Assembly: GCF_032062105.1 (NCBI RefSeq)
Contig: NW_026935196.1
Span: forward strand, 124,001 to 188,000
Direction: 5' to 3'
DNA: 64,000 nucleotides
DNA from: Saccostrea cucullata
Taxonomy: Eukaryota
Shown here piece after piece: positions 1 through 12,064 of the stretch. The position numbers were made by a program, and so were the translations under genes. The notes beneath the pieces are model-generated. The model had not been told where the DNA came from, searched no databases, and worked only from the letters and a program-made list of their open reading frames with translations. Each line of letters opens with the position of its first letter. Position 1 is the stretch's first letter.

Positions 1-1130
1 TAATTGTTCTTCAATGTAAATGACAAAACAAAATGATAACTTGTATTTCATACAAGTATATGACATATTGGCAAGCTTCACTATTAACTAAAAGCACTGT
101 TGACATCAGAGTCTGTTCACATCCAGAAAATGTTCATTTTCTAACGTGCACTCACATGTAGTATTTTTTATCATTTCAAAAATTACATTGTTCACATAAC
201 CCATAGCACTGTTGCTTTTTATTGTTTTAAAAAGAAAAAAAGGATGTCAGTGAAAAAACATTCAATCATTAACATATATTGTGTAATGTACTCTTCATCA
301 CCCAAGTATACTTATATGTACATGTATATAGACACACTCAACAAAAATCAAGACAAATACTTCTTTGTAGACAAAAATAAAATATTTGTGTGGTTATTTT
401 GGAATACAAAAAAAATATACAAAATTAAATATACTCAAGAAAAAAGGTTACATAGATGAGTATTTTTGCATTGCTAAGGCATACATAGTTAGATACATAA
501 TCTATGATTACTTTACATAAACATGTACAATGTATATGTTTTCAGTGTGTGAATGATAAACATAAATATTGCTTTAATGAACAAACACAGCTGAGGGATT
601 TGTTCAATACTACTGAATCACTTGCAAAGACATTTGGAAACATAAGTCATCAAATTTGTGCCCTCATTAAATTGATTCAAATTGAATAAAATGTTTGAAC
701 CCAAGCAAACAAATAAGTTACATTCACACATCATGATAAGAAAGCCATAATCCTCTGGTTAATGCTGAACAAAGTGTATAGCGTATAGTGTATAACAAAG
801 TATAGGACTAGGTGTGTAAGTTATTGGTGGCTAAAAAATTACAAACAATGGATTTCAAAATCTACCGGTACTTATTTACAATATTTAGTATTTCACAATA
901 GCTGAAGACTGGCATTATTAGCATAACTAACAATCTTGTATGTGTTCACGCTAATTCTGAATCTAACTTAATACTCTGTCTTCACCATATTACCCGGGTA
1001 ATATACATGAATTTAATAATTTAAACACAGATTTTACCAAATGAGTCAAAGAAGAACCAACTTTAAGTTAATTTCTTACGAGATCTGTCTTTTGTTTTGA
1101 AGATATACAAGTATACATGTAATACTGGTA

Positions 1131-1349
1131 TACCGTAAATCTGGAAATTTTTACGTCGATTTTATTTTGCGAATTCGGGTCAAAATGGTGTTGATTAATT
1201 TTTACGTTTCAAAATTTTGCGAATTACCACTGCTTTGTTTACATTTTCATATTGGAAATTTATTTTTAAGAAAAATATTTTTGTGAAAGCAGTGAACTCG
1301 CAAATTTGCTAAAAATTTATCTATAGCAAAAATTTCCAGATTTACGGTA
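1131..1349. mobile_element. Non-autonomous TA-flanked DNA transposon (Tc1/mariner-type MITE)
   Basis: Terminal inverted repeat TACCGTAAATCTGGAAATTTTT / AAAAATTTCCAGATTTACGGTA; a deleted relative sits at 49549-49640. Confidence 0.85.
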
Positions 1350-1818
1350 TATAATGCATTTTTTAATGGGTCCCCCAGCAACTCAAAACTGGAGTGTGGA
1401 GGGGGGATTCCTAGTCTTAATCTCTCATCATTACTGTATGGAAACTTGCAACTTTAATCCTCAATATATCATGAGCAATTTGCAGAATGCATCATTTATG
1501 TAAAATGTTGAGCAGACATAAAAATTGGGAAATAAAATGATATAAAAAAAGAATTTACTGGAGTTCCACGAGGCATGGATTCAATTTTAAGAAGTGAAAA
1601 TTTGAAATATTTTTCTTGCATAACACAGATTGGTGGTTTAAGTTAAGTAAGGTACATATACCTAGCATATGTAGTAGGATATCTTCTTCAAACACATTAA
1701 TCACACCTACATTCAAAGCTTACACATATTTACATGTATCACAGTTGATGAATTGGACAATTGTTTCTAAGCTAAGTTTTCCATGGTGATCACTGATTAC
1801 CATAGAAACAGTAGTTCC

Positions 1819-4800
1819 CTAATCCTCCTTTGAGCTGATATCCCCATTGGCTATAAAGGAATGCGTGCGACCAGGTGCCCCTTGCTCCCGGATAAAAAAT
1901 TCTTTCATCCTATCGTAAATCTCTGTCCTCACCGCTTTAGTGAATTTGGTGACTAAGCACAATGTAGTCAGACCAGCAAAGACAATATTACACAACATGA
2001 TGATGTAAAAGTTTCCCAACCAGTCCATACTTCCAAAGTTACCAATCAAGTCAAAATTGGTTAAACCTGAAAACACAGAATTTTAAAATCATTTATATTC
2101 TATTGTATGTTTTGTTGTTGACATCTGACAGACAGTAATGCAAAATTTAAATTTAACACTGCACAACTATTTGATTGGATTTTACACTCCATAACTTTAC
2201 CTGATAAATTCACAATTTTTGTAAAACATGAAATTGAAGACTTGTAAATCTGACCTAATGTCCTTGACATAACAGGTAATGCTGAACTAAGGATGAGCAG
2301 GACAGTGCAGTTTCCAATGACCTTGACCATCGACGTTTCATGTGGAACTGGGCGAAGATTGCGAAATACTGGTAGACTGTACAATCCTAATACAGATGCT
2401 AACATAACATATCTAAATGGAGTTAAGGAACTGTCAATAGAGCTATGAATATAAAAACCCGTTTTGTTATCATAACTTTTTAACAGTAAATCACATTTAA
2501 TACCAATGCACAGTATTATGAATAATGAAGGATACAAAATAAAAACAATTTCTAAAGCTGCTCCAAAAGATCCTAAAGCAGAAAGAGAAGCCATTCCTAG
2601 GACTGTTTCCTGAAAGGAAAACAAAATATATACATGTATAAAGTACAAAATATTATCAATTTATCCAGAACACTTTGTGCCAAGATTGGCTGAAACTGAT
2701 CCAGTGGTTTTGGAGAAAAAGTTGAAAATGTTAAAAGTTTACAATCAGCAACAACAAACGATGGACAAATTTTTAACTTAAAAGGTCACTTGTGCTTTAC
2801 AGCAAAAAAAGGAAGGACTCAAATGTAAATGGACGCCAAAGTTTAATTTCCACAATATTTTATTATAATGAAGCATTAAACTTAAATGAATTGAACAGTA
2901 GATATTGCTTTTTATAAGCCCTTTTTATGTAACATCATTTACCTTGGCTCCCACCGGTAAAGCTTTGATACCAACGAGTAACAACAGAAAGTTATGGACA
3001 ACCATCAACACACACAATACCTGGAAAACAATGTAACTCTGTATCATAGAGATCAAATCATGCTCCAGTCTGGGATAAAATAGGTAATCTGCTGGTACAC
3101 GCATGTCTCAAAACTTGTAAATAAACATACATGTATATAAGCTTTTACTCAACATGTTTAAGATAAAGTCATTTTGTGTACTTACTGTCAAAGCCAACAA
3201 AAATAACATAACAAGGGGATAACACAAATTCCTCCACAATATGGACGTCTTATTTCTCTTCTCTGAAAGAAAATGATATTACATGTTGACAGTATTTCAA
3301 AAGAGTACTCCAATATCTGATGTTATAAATATATTTATTGCTATTATTTTGCAATTTGTACAACGCATTGAAATTTCATTCAAAAAGTAAAGCCCTATTA
3401 AGCTTGTACATTAGTTTACCTAGTTCTTTCAGTGTTTCTTGGTTGCTCTCTAACTGTTCTATCAGTTCTTCTGTAGACAAATGTCCATTAGCCAGTCTAT
3501 CAGGTACAGCTTTGTCTGTGACAAAAAAATTCAGATCTCAATTCTTAGGGCAAAAAAATCACTTCTTGCTGTGTTTTCACAAATCCAGTAATACATTACA
3601 GTATATGTACATGAATTGTGACTATATCTGAACAACTTATTCTCCATTATTGATGTACATCTGGAAAAAAAGCTGAATTAGAAGCAAACAAGTAAATCTT
3701 CACTAAAACACTTACACTACATGTAACCATATAAACTTAAATGTCTTACATTTATTACTTTTGGTAAAGGTCAGTCTCCGTCTCAAATCAGTCTCTGTTA
3801 AACGAACAAGGACAAGCTCCTTCTCCACGTCTTGAAAGAACTGGAATCAAAAATGCTCTTATATCACTATCAAGCACAAATGTCTATTTTCTTTTTATAT
3901 ACCTGAATATTGAAGTTCTTCACAACATTATTTCTGGGACTTTCCTGACCTTTGGTTTGACAATGAGTTCCCCCATCACTGTGAACATTCTAGCAAATCC
4001 AACTGGGGCACACACTGAAAAAAATGGAGAGTAAAAAGTATAAGAACAAAACAAGAGGTTTGGATTGGAAAAACTTTGTTGTAAAGCCCTAAAAAATGAA
4101 ATCGAATATATTTATAGATTAACTATTGCCTCACTACTTACACAAAAGGATTACACCTCCAAGGAAGGAAACACAGGAGTACAGGTATGGAAGATAATAG
4201 GACCAGATATCTGTAACAAAGGTAGATATCAATTTAATAACAGGACCAGATATCTGTAACAAGGGTAGATATCAATTTAATAGGAGGACCAGATATCTGT
4301 AACAAGGGTAGACATCAATTAAATAACAGGACCAGATATCTGTAACAAAAGTAGATATCAATTTAAAGCAGGACCAGATATCTGTAACAAAGGTAGATAT
4401 CAATTAAATAACAGGACCAGATATCTGTAACAAAAGTAGATATCAATTAAATAACAGGGCCAGATATCTGTAACAAAGGTAGATAACAATTTAATAATAG
4501 GACCAAATATTTGTAAGTGTAACAAGGGTAGATATCAATATAGTTACAAGTCAATGAAAGTAACATGGTTTGACCTAATTATAGCAAATCTCCTCCTTGT
4601 ACATTAGAACAATTCTCTGTCATCCTTGTTGGACTTTTAGTAAGGCATGGCATTCTCGACGCTACGTAATTAGCGTCTCTCAAATGGCGACATGGATTCT
4701 CATTGGTTAAGAAATTAATAACATCAACAACTTTAAATTGTTGTTGACAACGATGAGACAACTTGAGCCCCACCTCTTTGCTGTACGAAATGCTATCATT

Positions 4801-7800
4801 GGATCCTTGCTACACTCGTTGACATTCACCCAAATTTCTATCCCATGTATATTTCAAAAGTAAATGAAATGCTGTGTAAATTTCAGACACTAATTATGTA
4901 ACGTCGAGAATGCCATGGGTTACTGAAAGTTCAAGGAAAACAGAGAATTGTACATAATATAAGGAAGTTAAATATGACAAGGCATGTTAGTTTAACAAAT
5001 ATATCTATGTCTATAAGTCAACCATCAAACTACATGTATTTATAAACTTAAAATATAATTTACAGCATACTACTGTGTTACTAGAAACAACTGGTGTTTT
5101 CTTTTTGTCTCATTGTCATAAAAATTTCCTTCATGTTGTATAATGACAAGAGAAAGACAGATTGTATTAAAATGTGGCTCCATTTAGATGCATTGGACAC
5201 AATAAACAAACAACTTCCGCATCCATCATGCAGGCAACACAAAATCAGTGGTAACCTAAACTACTTATGTCATCGTTTCAATCTTAGGTTAATGCATTCT
5301 TACCAAAGAGAGTTTCTTGACTGTGTTTGTTGCCGTCAAATATTGCAGAGGCTACCCAGGCCAGCCCGATAACGAGGATACTGACTAATATCAGCACAAT
5401 AAAGGCCTCGTACACACGCGACCAGATACCCTGTCATCAGAAAAAAATATATATAGTTACAAGTATACAAAACTTTAACAATATCATCATCTGAAATAAC
5501 ATTAGCTTCAAAAATACCCTATGATCAAAAAGTAAATAAATCTGCAATTGTAACATTTTATGTGTCAAAAATCATATTTCTTAAACCGTTATTGTTCAAT
5601 ATATTCTGTTACAATCTTTATAGAATGCACCATTACCTTTCTGACCCCTACAAATCCTTCAGACTCGGTGAAGAAGTAGGCAAATGGCATAAAAAAGAAG
5701 AGCGACAGGTTGGAGATCAGAAATATGTTGTTCCAGAAACCTAAAATACATAATACACATATATATTAAAGTCACTAAGTGTATTTGTATGGAAATACAT
5801 ATGATTTCAGCTGACTTGGTAAAGATACATCAACTTAACTGAGATCATTCAAGATTAACATTATGGTACATGCATATCAATATAATTTTATGCTGGTTTA
5901 TGACAATATTTTCAGATTACCAATGATGAGGGAGGAGTTGAGCCACTGTACGTAGTAACTGTTGGGGTAAGACAGGAGGACTTCATTGGACACGATAGAC
6001 ACCGGGAGGAGGAGAGTCGCCCCCACAGACACCGAGAGGGTGAAAGTACACATCCACAGTCTGTAACGAAAAACAGGAATGAAATATAGATTGGACAAAA
6101 AATAAAATCACTGATTGTAAAGGAAGGTGGAGAGCCCCCCACCCACCCTCGACACTGAGAGGGTGAAGTACACATCCACAATCTGTCAATAAAGAAGAAT
6201 AAAATATAGATCTGACAAAAACAGATCACATATACTAGAGGGAGGAGTGTTAAAATGGCCCCACAAAGACCAAGAGGATTCACGAAAGTACACATGCATC
6301 CACTGAGTCTGTAACAAACAGAAATCAACTGAAAATAGATCTGATAAAAATAAATTGCTGATTGTTCATAATCAGCGGGCTATATTAAGTTCTGATCTAG
6401 AATACTTGTATTATTGTTGTATTGATAAATAGTGCCCAGTATTTATGTACATTCTTTTTATGTATTGATGACATACAGAATAGGTTTTGACATCTGCTAT
6501 TGTTTACTTCCAGTATGCCATTGATCCTTGTCAAGTGAGCTTAAGAGGTGCAAAGCTTTGTACATAAAACATATGTTGTACAATTTTTTATGAAATAAAA
6601 ATTACTCACGCAATTCTGTATACCACTGCATCCTCCTCCCCTGAAAACAGAGATCATAATTAAGTTTATTAACACTGTACACATGTTTTTAACATAAAAT
6701 ATCATTTAATAATTAATAAGCTTCCAGATAATAATCTCAATACAGTTATGTAGTTTGATGCTGGTAGAAGGATAGAGAGTATAATGTCATTGTGATCCAA
6801 AGTGAATTTCTCTTGTGCTGCCAATTTAAACGTGTTTAAAATTACAAATTTTATAGATAAAACCAAATGTGGAAAAGATTTGGCCAGACCTTCAGAAAAC
6901 CATAAATACAAATCGAAGAGAAATAAACAAAAGGAGCTTGGTGTGTGTGCTTATTTTAAAAAGATATATGAAAAGATTTTTCAAGTCCTAAAGATTTTTC
7001 CAAAATTTGTGAGTAAATCAAAGTGATGCAGAAATCAACAAAAAGTGCAGAGATCTTAGCCATAACATTAAAACAATTTATGAACCTACAAACTGTGACC
7101 TGCCTTTGAGAAGTGCAATATTACACATGACACAGATAAACATACACAAGAGGAATCTGTGATTACATTTACCATTTCCTGGACCTCTGACAAACTTCCT
7201 TCTATTGGTGACTACAGAAATGTTAGCATCTCATCAGTGTTCATATTTTATCTTTACATCATATTTCCCCCATTAGATTTAATTCAAGTCGAGGAAATTG
7301 GGCAAATTGTGCTCACCAAATTAAGATTTCATATTATATAAAACTATCTGCTACTTATAATTAACAATGTAAAAATGTTGGGGCTTATGGTAAATTACAT
7401 CCACATTATTGCCAGAACTGATATACCACACACTTCGGATACACTACATACTGAGGATAATGTGGTATGCCTGCCCTGTAATTAATGGGTAAACAGTTAG
7501 TAATGACTAGAGTAATTAACACACCTGCTGATGAGATATCTTCGGAGTCGGCTGTTTTGAAATGTCTCACTGTCACATAGGAACTCACATACAGGAAAAT
7601 AAACAACAGCAGACATATCTGAAAATTACAAAAGAGGTATATGGCATATTTGACCATCAATGCTGAGCTTTTATGGCCCAACAGATCAGGAAAAAAATAT
7701 ATATATTATGTTTTACCCCCAGGGACATAAACTACAACAGGTACCAGGCCCAAGGACCATGAAACAGACTTAGACTTAAGTCAAGTTTTCAAACACCTGT

Positions 7801-10800
7801 AAAATGTTTATTAATTATTGAATTGATCTGAAAATTTGTAATATACAATATATTATAAATCAAAATTGAAACACATTTCAATTTTGATCTGTTTGCCTTC
7901 TACAAAATTTAAATACAGCATGAAGATTTTGATTTAAGCTTAAGATGTTTCATGATCCCAGGGCCAGGTCATTATGACTAATTCATGTGTCAAATTTCAT
8001 TCAGATTTTCAGCCCCACCCCATCCCTCCTGATTTATACCCCTTCACTCTTTCAATTAAAAATTACTTGAACATCCAATATGCCTTATCACTAACAAATT
8101 CACTACATATTGTAGCAATGCTGCATTCTCTAAAAACAAAATTGATAATTTTATAGCTGTGAAATCAAATCTCATAATCAAAAAGAAAACAAAGATGTTA
8201 GTCCCCTCCCACCTTCAAATCAGAATCAATTGTGTTATCAGCTGGACTTTGTTGTGAAATGCTAAAGGGAAATTCCAGTTTACCTTTTTTCATTTGTAAA
8301 ATTTAACTCTGTGTTACAATGTAGTGAAATGGTCCCAAAATATAACACAGGATACACAGTTATCTTACAGGTGATAATCATAGTATAATTAAATTCCACA
8401 TTATCCTACAAGAGAGGTATTTTAATTCATGAACATCGACTTATCACTGTACAATTTAAATATACACATCACAAGGTTTGATATCTAATGTAGGGCAAAA
8501 CCCAAATGAGCACTTGACCAATTTGTTTGCATCTGTCAGACTGCATGTCACACAAAGAAATCCCACACTGGGGTTGACCTGTTGTAAACATTGTCAACAT
8601 GTTTTTGTCCCAGTACACTGAACTCTTCCACTCCAATCAAGACAGTTATTCATGTTGGGGAAAGTTTAAAGTACAAGACACTAGTGCATAAGATGGGTTC
8701 TTCAGGTTTAAAACATTAAGCAAACTAAGCTGTTTTCCACCAGACATTGTAGCTGAGAGTTTTTTATAACATCAGTACAAAAAAATATATTAAACAGATC
8801 ATACAAGGTTTTAGTTTCAGTACAATAAACATTTAATTCCATTAAGGGGGCCGACTATAGTTTTATTGTGTGAAAACTACAATAGCGAAACTCTTCAAGT
8901 GTATACCATATATAACTTACATTAACTTCAGTGTACATGCATACCGTCCAGGTATTTCTGAGGGACTGTCTCAAAATACGGGTACATTTACTATAGGATT
9001 ATATAGGAAAATGCCAATTTTTAGCTCTTTAAAGCAAATTATACAAATACTACAATAGACATTTTGTTCAAACTATAATATTTGATGAGTAATAATATAT
9101 TATACAATATATGTAAGAAACACAAAATTCTACCGTCTTGTTACCAGAGGGGGCATCTCAAAATGCAAAAAAATTAGCAAATTTTACTATTTTTATAGAG
9201 TATTACAAAATATGACGTACACAATGGATTCACATGAAAACATAATAAAAATATTGGAAATATTCTCAAATTTCTATGTTTTAAATTTCAAGAGCGTATG
9301 TTTATTACTTTTTCTTTAATGATATTTTTATTACCCCTTTCTTTAAGAGCTACAGATTATCATAACGTCAAAAACACACTGCAACGACGTCAACCTACCT
9401 ATCAATTGCAAAATCGGTTAAAAAATCAGTTATGTCAAATTGTAATTACATTTTTATACCTATAATTTCTTAATTTTGTTTAATTTTAATAATTAAGCGA
9501 AAAAAGTTGCATTAAAACAGCAAATACGCTTCATTTTACTATGATGCGCGAAATATTGCGCAATGGAAACTATAGTCGGCCCCCTTAAATTTTCAATTTC
9601 CTTGAATTCAACATCTAGTATAAAATTACAAGTTTCATTAATCTTAAATTTACTTTTCCTAAGGCCATTATAAATTATGAAAATCTAAACCCAATATTTC
9701 TAATTTACTTAAATGTATGACATTCTCAAGCTTTGTTAGAAGTGTAGATACCTATACCTATTATCATACATGTACTAACATGGCCTCCTTTTAAAACATA
9801 TTTTACTAAATTAAATTTAAATTTCATTTTCCAGGATACAGCCTAAACAAACAAAGCCTAGTGTACGTATCATAGTTAAACTTCTGTGACCTACAACCTT
9901 CTGTATACAACTATAAAATGATGCATTACATAATTAATACACATGTATGTACTTTTAACATGCAATATTTACATTCCGTGTATTTTTCCTTATGAAATTC
10001 ATTAGAAATCCACGACATTCAAATTTCTATAACACACGCGAAACCTTGTCACCTCGCGTTAGAATACACAGTAGGAACTACATTGTATATGCATTTTTTC
10101 TATAATCTGGGAACACCAAAATGTACAATATTTTGACTCAATTTAATTAAAAACTATAATCCTGTTAAATTAACGTAAAAATACTATAAATGTGCGTTTA
10201 AAATTAATTTGTCACTTTTTTTCCTCACAATGTTTGTTTGCGTTATTTAACTTTGCAAACGTCATCTGATGTCACAAACGGCTCTTACGTCTATTAACCG
10301 TGTCAGTTTTGAAAGGCGTTAAATTCACATTCAAGGTTAACGAAATAAGCAATTATGAAGAAGGAAAATTAGAGAATGTAAATATAAGCATTGAATTCAT
10401 ATTTTTGTCTGTCTTCGGTCCTATAACACACCTGGCCGTGCCGACAAATTTATCATACCGCACTAACGCGCGGTATTCAATTTGTCGGCACGGCCAGGTG
10501 TGTTATAGGACCGAAACCTTTAATGCAGTGGACACTCAAGGGGACTTATTATTGTTAGCATACAAGTGTAACAGGAATAGGAGAAAATGTATGGCTGACC
10601 AGGAATCAAACTCGGGACCCCTCCTTCACTAGTCAGGTTCTCTACCGACTGAGCTACCCAAGCTTATATCCATGGCCCAAACCTTTAAACATGGTTGAAA
10701 ATGACATGTATTAAAATAATTTGGGACACACACATCGTCAGCTTAAATTCAAGGAACCAGAATTTTCACTTAAAATCTACAGCATTTATTATTCCTACAT

Positions 10801-11711
10801 ATACTGATATAGTGATATTAAGACAAACTTACATAAAGACGACAGAAGAGCAATTTTATTAATCTACTTGGTTCTCAGTCTATGGTGTTCAAGAACTGAA
10901 GAAGGCAAATTAAAGTACACTGTAAACTAGGGGAAGTGAAAGATAAACACTTCAATCTTTGGAAGATGCTTAATATTTAAATTGGGTTCGGGATAAGGAT
11001 AATTGCAAATTTTGATCATAAATATCTGCAAGTACTTATGAACATGATGAAAGAAGTAAATCGAGAAATCCGAAATAAGGACATTAAATTTGCTTGACCA
11101 TGAACCTATATTAGATCCCTAGTTTGACAATGACATTTCTGTAAAGTATTTAGGCTACAACAGTTACAATCACTTAGAACCAGGTGTGTAACATTTCATA
11201 TTAACAGTCATCTTAATCAATTATTTATATCCCTCTTCACTAAAGTCAATTTACACAGTAGTGATAATTTCATGACCAGGTTATCAAAAAGTTAGTGACA
11301 AATACAGGTGTTCGACTCGGTCAGATTTTTTTTTTCAGATATGTAATTCAATAAAACTTGTATCTGCTATCACTGAATAGGGCAAGGTTTTGGAGGTTGT
11401 CCAAAATTTTTAAACGTCAACCAAATAGAAATCTATACATTTCCAAAAATTATTGACTATTTAGGATAGTCTTAATAAATATCGTGTACCAATGACACTA
11501 ATACTGAATAACTGACATACTTTGAATTTTTACCACGCTCTAAAAACTACAGAAATCTACAAGACTAGCATGTATTTAAGTGTGTACAGGTAAAGCAAAC
11601 GATAATGCCCGAGTTGTATGTTTACAAATCAACAATGTTACTTACGATATATTCCCGAACAGCGTTGTGGAAAACTTGTTCCCTGATATCAACATCTACA
11701 TCTTCCGACAT
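1819..11711 (-). CDS. LMBR1: LMBR1/LMBR1L-family multi-pass membrane protein (limb region 1 homolog), 15 coding exons
   Basis: Phase-consistent GT-AG exons: 11711-11646 (MSEDVDVDIREQVFHNAVREYI), 7618-7525, 6640-6610 (EEDAVVYRI), 6060-5921 (LLLPVSIVSNEVLLSYPNSYYVQWLNSSLI), 5740-5637 (MPFAYFFTESEGF), 5430-5304, 4210-4142 (YLPYLYSCVS), 4014-3950 (PVGFARMFTVMGELIVKP), 3840-3750, 3515-3420, 3262-3186, 3020-2943, 2609-2536, 2412-2255 (IGNCTVLLILSSALPVMSRTLG), 2066-1819 (FDLIGNFGSMDWLGNFYI). The motifs match vertebrate LMBR1/LMBR1L as I recall them. Confidence 0.95.
2413..2535 (-). other. U12-type (minor spliceosome) GT-AG intron in LMBR1
   Basis: 5' splice site GTATCCTTCA; branch point TTCCTTAAC at 2430-2422, 9 nt before the end of the intron; no polypyrimidine tract. 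Confidence 0.9.
2675..2800. repeat. Degenerate fragment of an oyster-type Helentron/HINE-like dispersed repeat
   Basis: gtgccaagattggctgaaactgatccagtggttttggagaaaaagttgaaaatgttaaaagtttac...; a related degenerate stretch lies at about 20200-20610. Family assignment is from recall. Confidence 0.5.
4199..4540. repeat. Minisatellite of about 8 x 43 bp containing the LMBR1 exon 7 acceptor
   Basis: Unit AGGACCAGATATCTGTAACAAAGGTAGATATCAATTTAATAAC starts at 4199, 4242, 4285, 4328, 4370, 4413, 4456 and 4499. Confidence 0.95.
4590..4967. mobile_element. MITE-like element with about 85-bp imperfect terminal inverted repeats
   Basis: acaattctctgt..ccttg..gactt..agtaa..catggcattctcgacg.tac.taattag.gtct (about 4609-4678) is mirrored at about 4884-4952. 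Confidence 0.7.
6005..6365 (-). repeat. Degenerate tandem triplication (about 122-126 bp) of the LMBR1 exon 4 acceptor and exon start
   Basis: The real junction ttacag|ACTGTGGATGTGTACTTTCACCCTCTC recurs as tgacag|ATTGTGGATGTGTACTTCACCCTCTC (AG at 6184-6183) and ttacag|ACTCAGTGGATGCATGTGTACTTTC (AG at 6310-6309). Confidence 0.85.
8846..9584. mobile_element. Non-autonomous DNA transposon with TTAA target-site duplication, Kolobok-like
   Basis: 18-bp perfect TIR GGGGGCCGACTATAGTTT, flanked by TTAA at 8842-8845 and 9585-9588. Purine termini fit Kolobok better than piggyBac (CC termini). Confidence 0.85.
10414..10515. repeat. Perfect 37-bp inverted repeat (hairpin) with 28-nt spacer
   Basis: TTCGGTCCTATAACACACCTGGCCGTGCCGACAAATT at 10414-10450 and its exact reverse complement at 10479-10515; inner ATACCGC/GCGGTAT stem. 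Confidence 0.95.
10570..10663 (-). mobile_element. tRNA-derived repeat / SINE-like head (tRNA-Thr(AGT)-like pseudo-tRNA)
   Basis: Minus strand reads GGTAGCTCAGTCGGTAGAG (A box)...CTAGTGA loop...GTTTGATTCC (B-box-like). The acceptor stem does not pair. A homologous copy with the same tail lies at about 31440-31530. Confidence 0.7.
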
Positions 11712-11944
11712 ATTTTCAATCAAACAATTTTAAATAAAAAGAAGAAGTCATTCATGAACAGATTCTTCGACATGACGCCAGGAATTGTTGTCATTCTGCC
11801 ATCTAGATGTACAATTCCGAAGGATTCCGAATGTAAGGATCAATGTATATTTGCGATTACAGATAACATCATTGCACCGAAACGAATAGAACGGCGATAT
11901 TTGTTCATAAATGCAACGTGTCATTAAAAATATTGCATCAGAGC

Positions 11945-12064
11945 CACAGGCACCTGACGTTACTTATTTTTCTTTTAATAAAAAAATATATACTCCTACC
12001 GTTTATTATTAGGAAGGGGTGTATTTTTTATTAAAAGAAAAATAAGTAACGTCAGGTGCCTGTG
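11945..12064. mobile_element. Foldback MITE (CACAGG termini) with 9-bp TSD, upstream of LMBR1
   Basis: About 41-bp TIR CACAGGCACCTGACGTTACTTATTTTTCTTTTAATAAAAAA; direct repeat CATCAGAGC at 11936-11944 and 12065-12073; second copy at 48140-48273. Confidence 0.9.

Noticed and set aside
3630-3662. Extra small LMBR1 exon after a ttttttccag acceptor
   Set aside because: In-frame TAA follows within four codons, and the flanking exons already join in phase.
4199-4540. CRISPR-like array
   Set aside because: Units are contiguous near-identical repeats with no unique spacers; eukaryotic intron; no cas genes.
8842-9588. piggyBac assignment based on the TTAA TSD
   Set aside because: Termini are GG rather than CC, which fits Kolobok better; no transposase is present to confirm.
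10592-10663. Functional tRNA-Thr gene
   Set aside because: Acceptor and anticodon stems do not pair, the T-loop is altered, and a diverged copy with the same flank exists at 31440, so it is repeat-derived.
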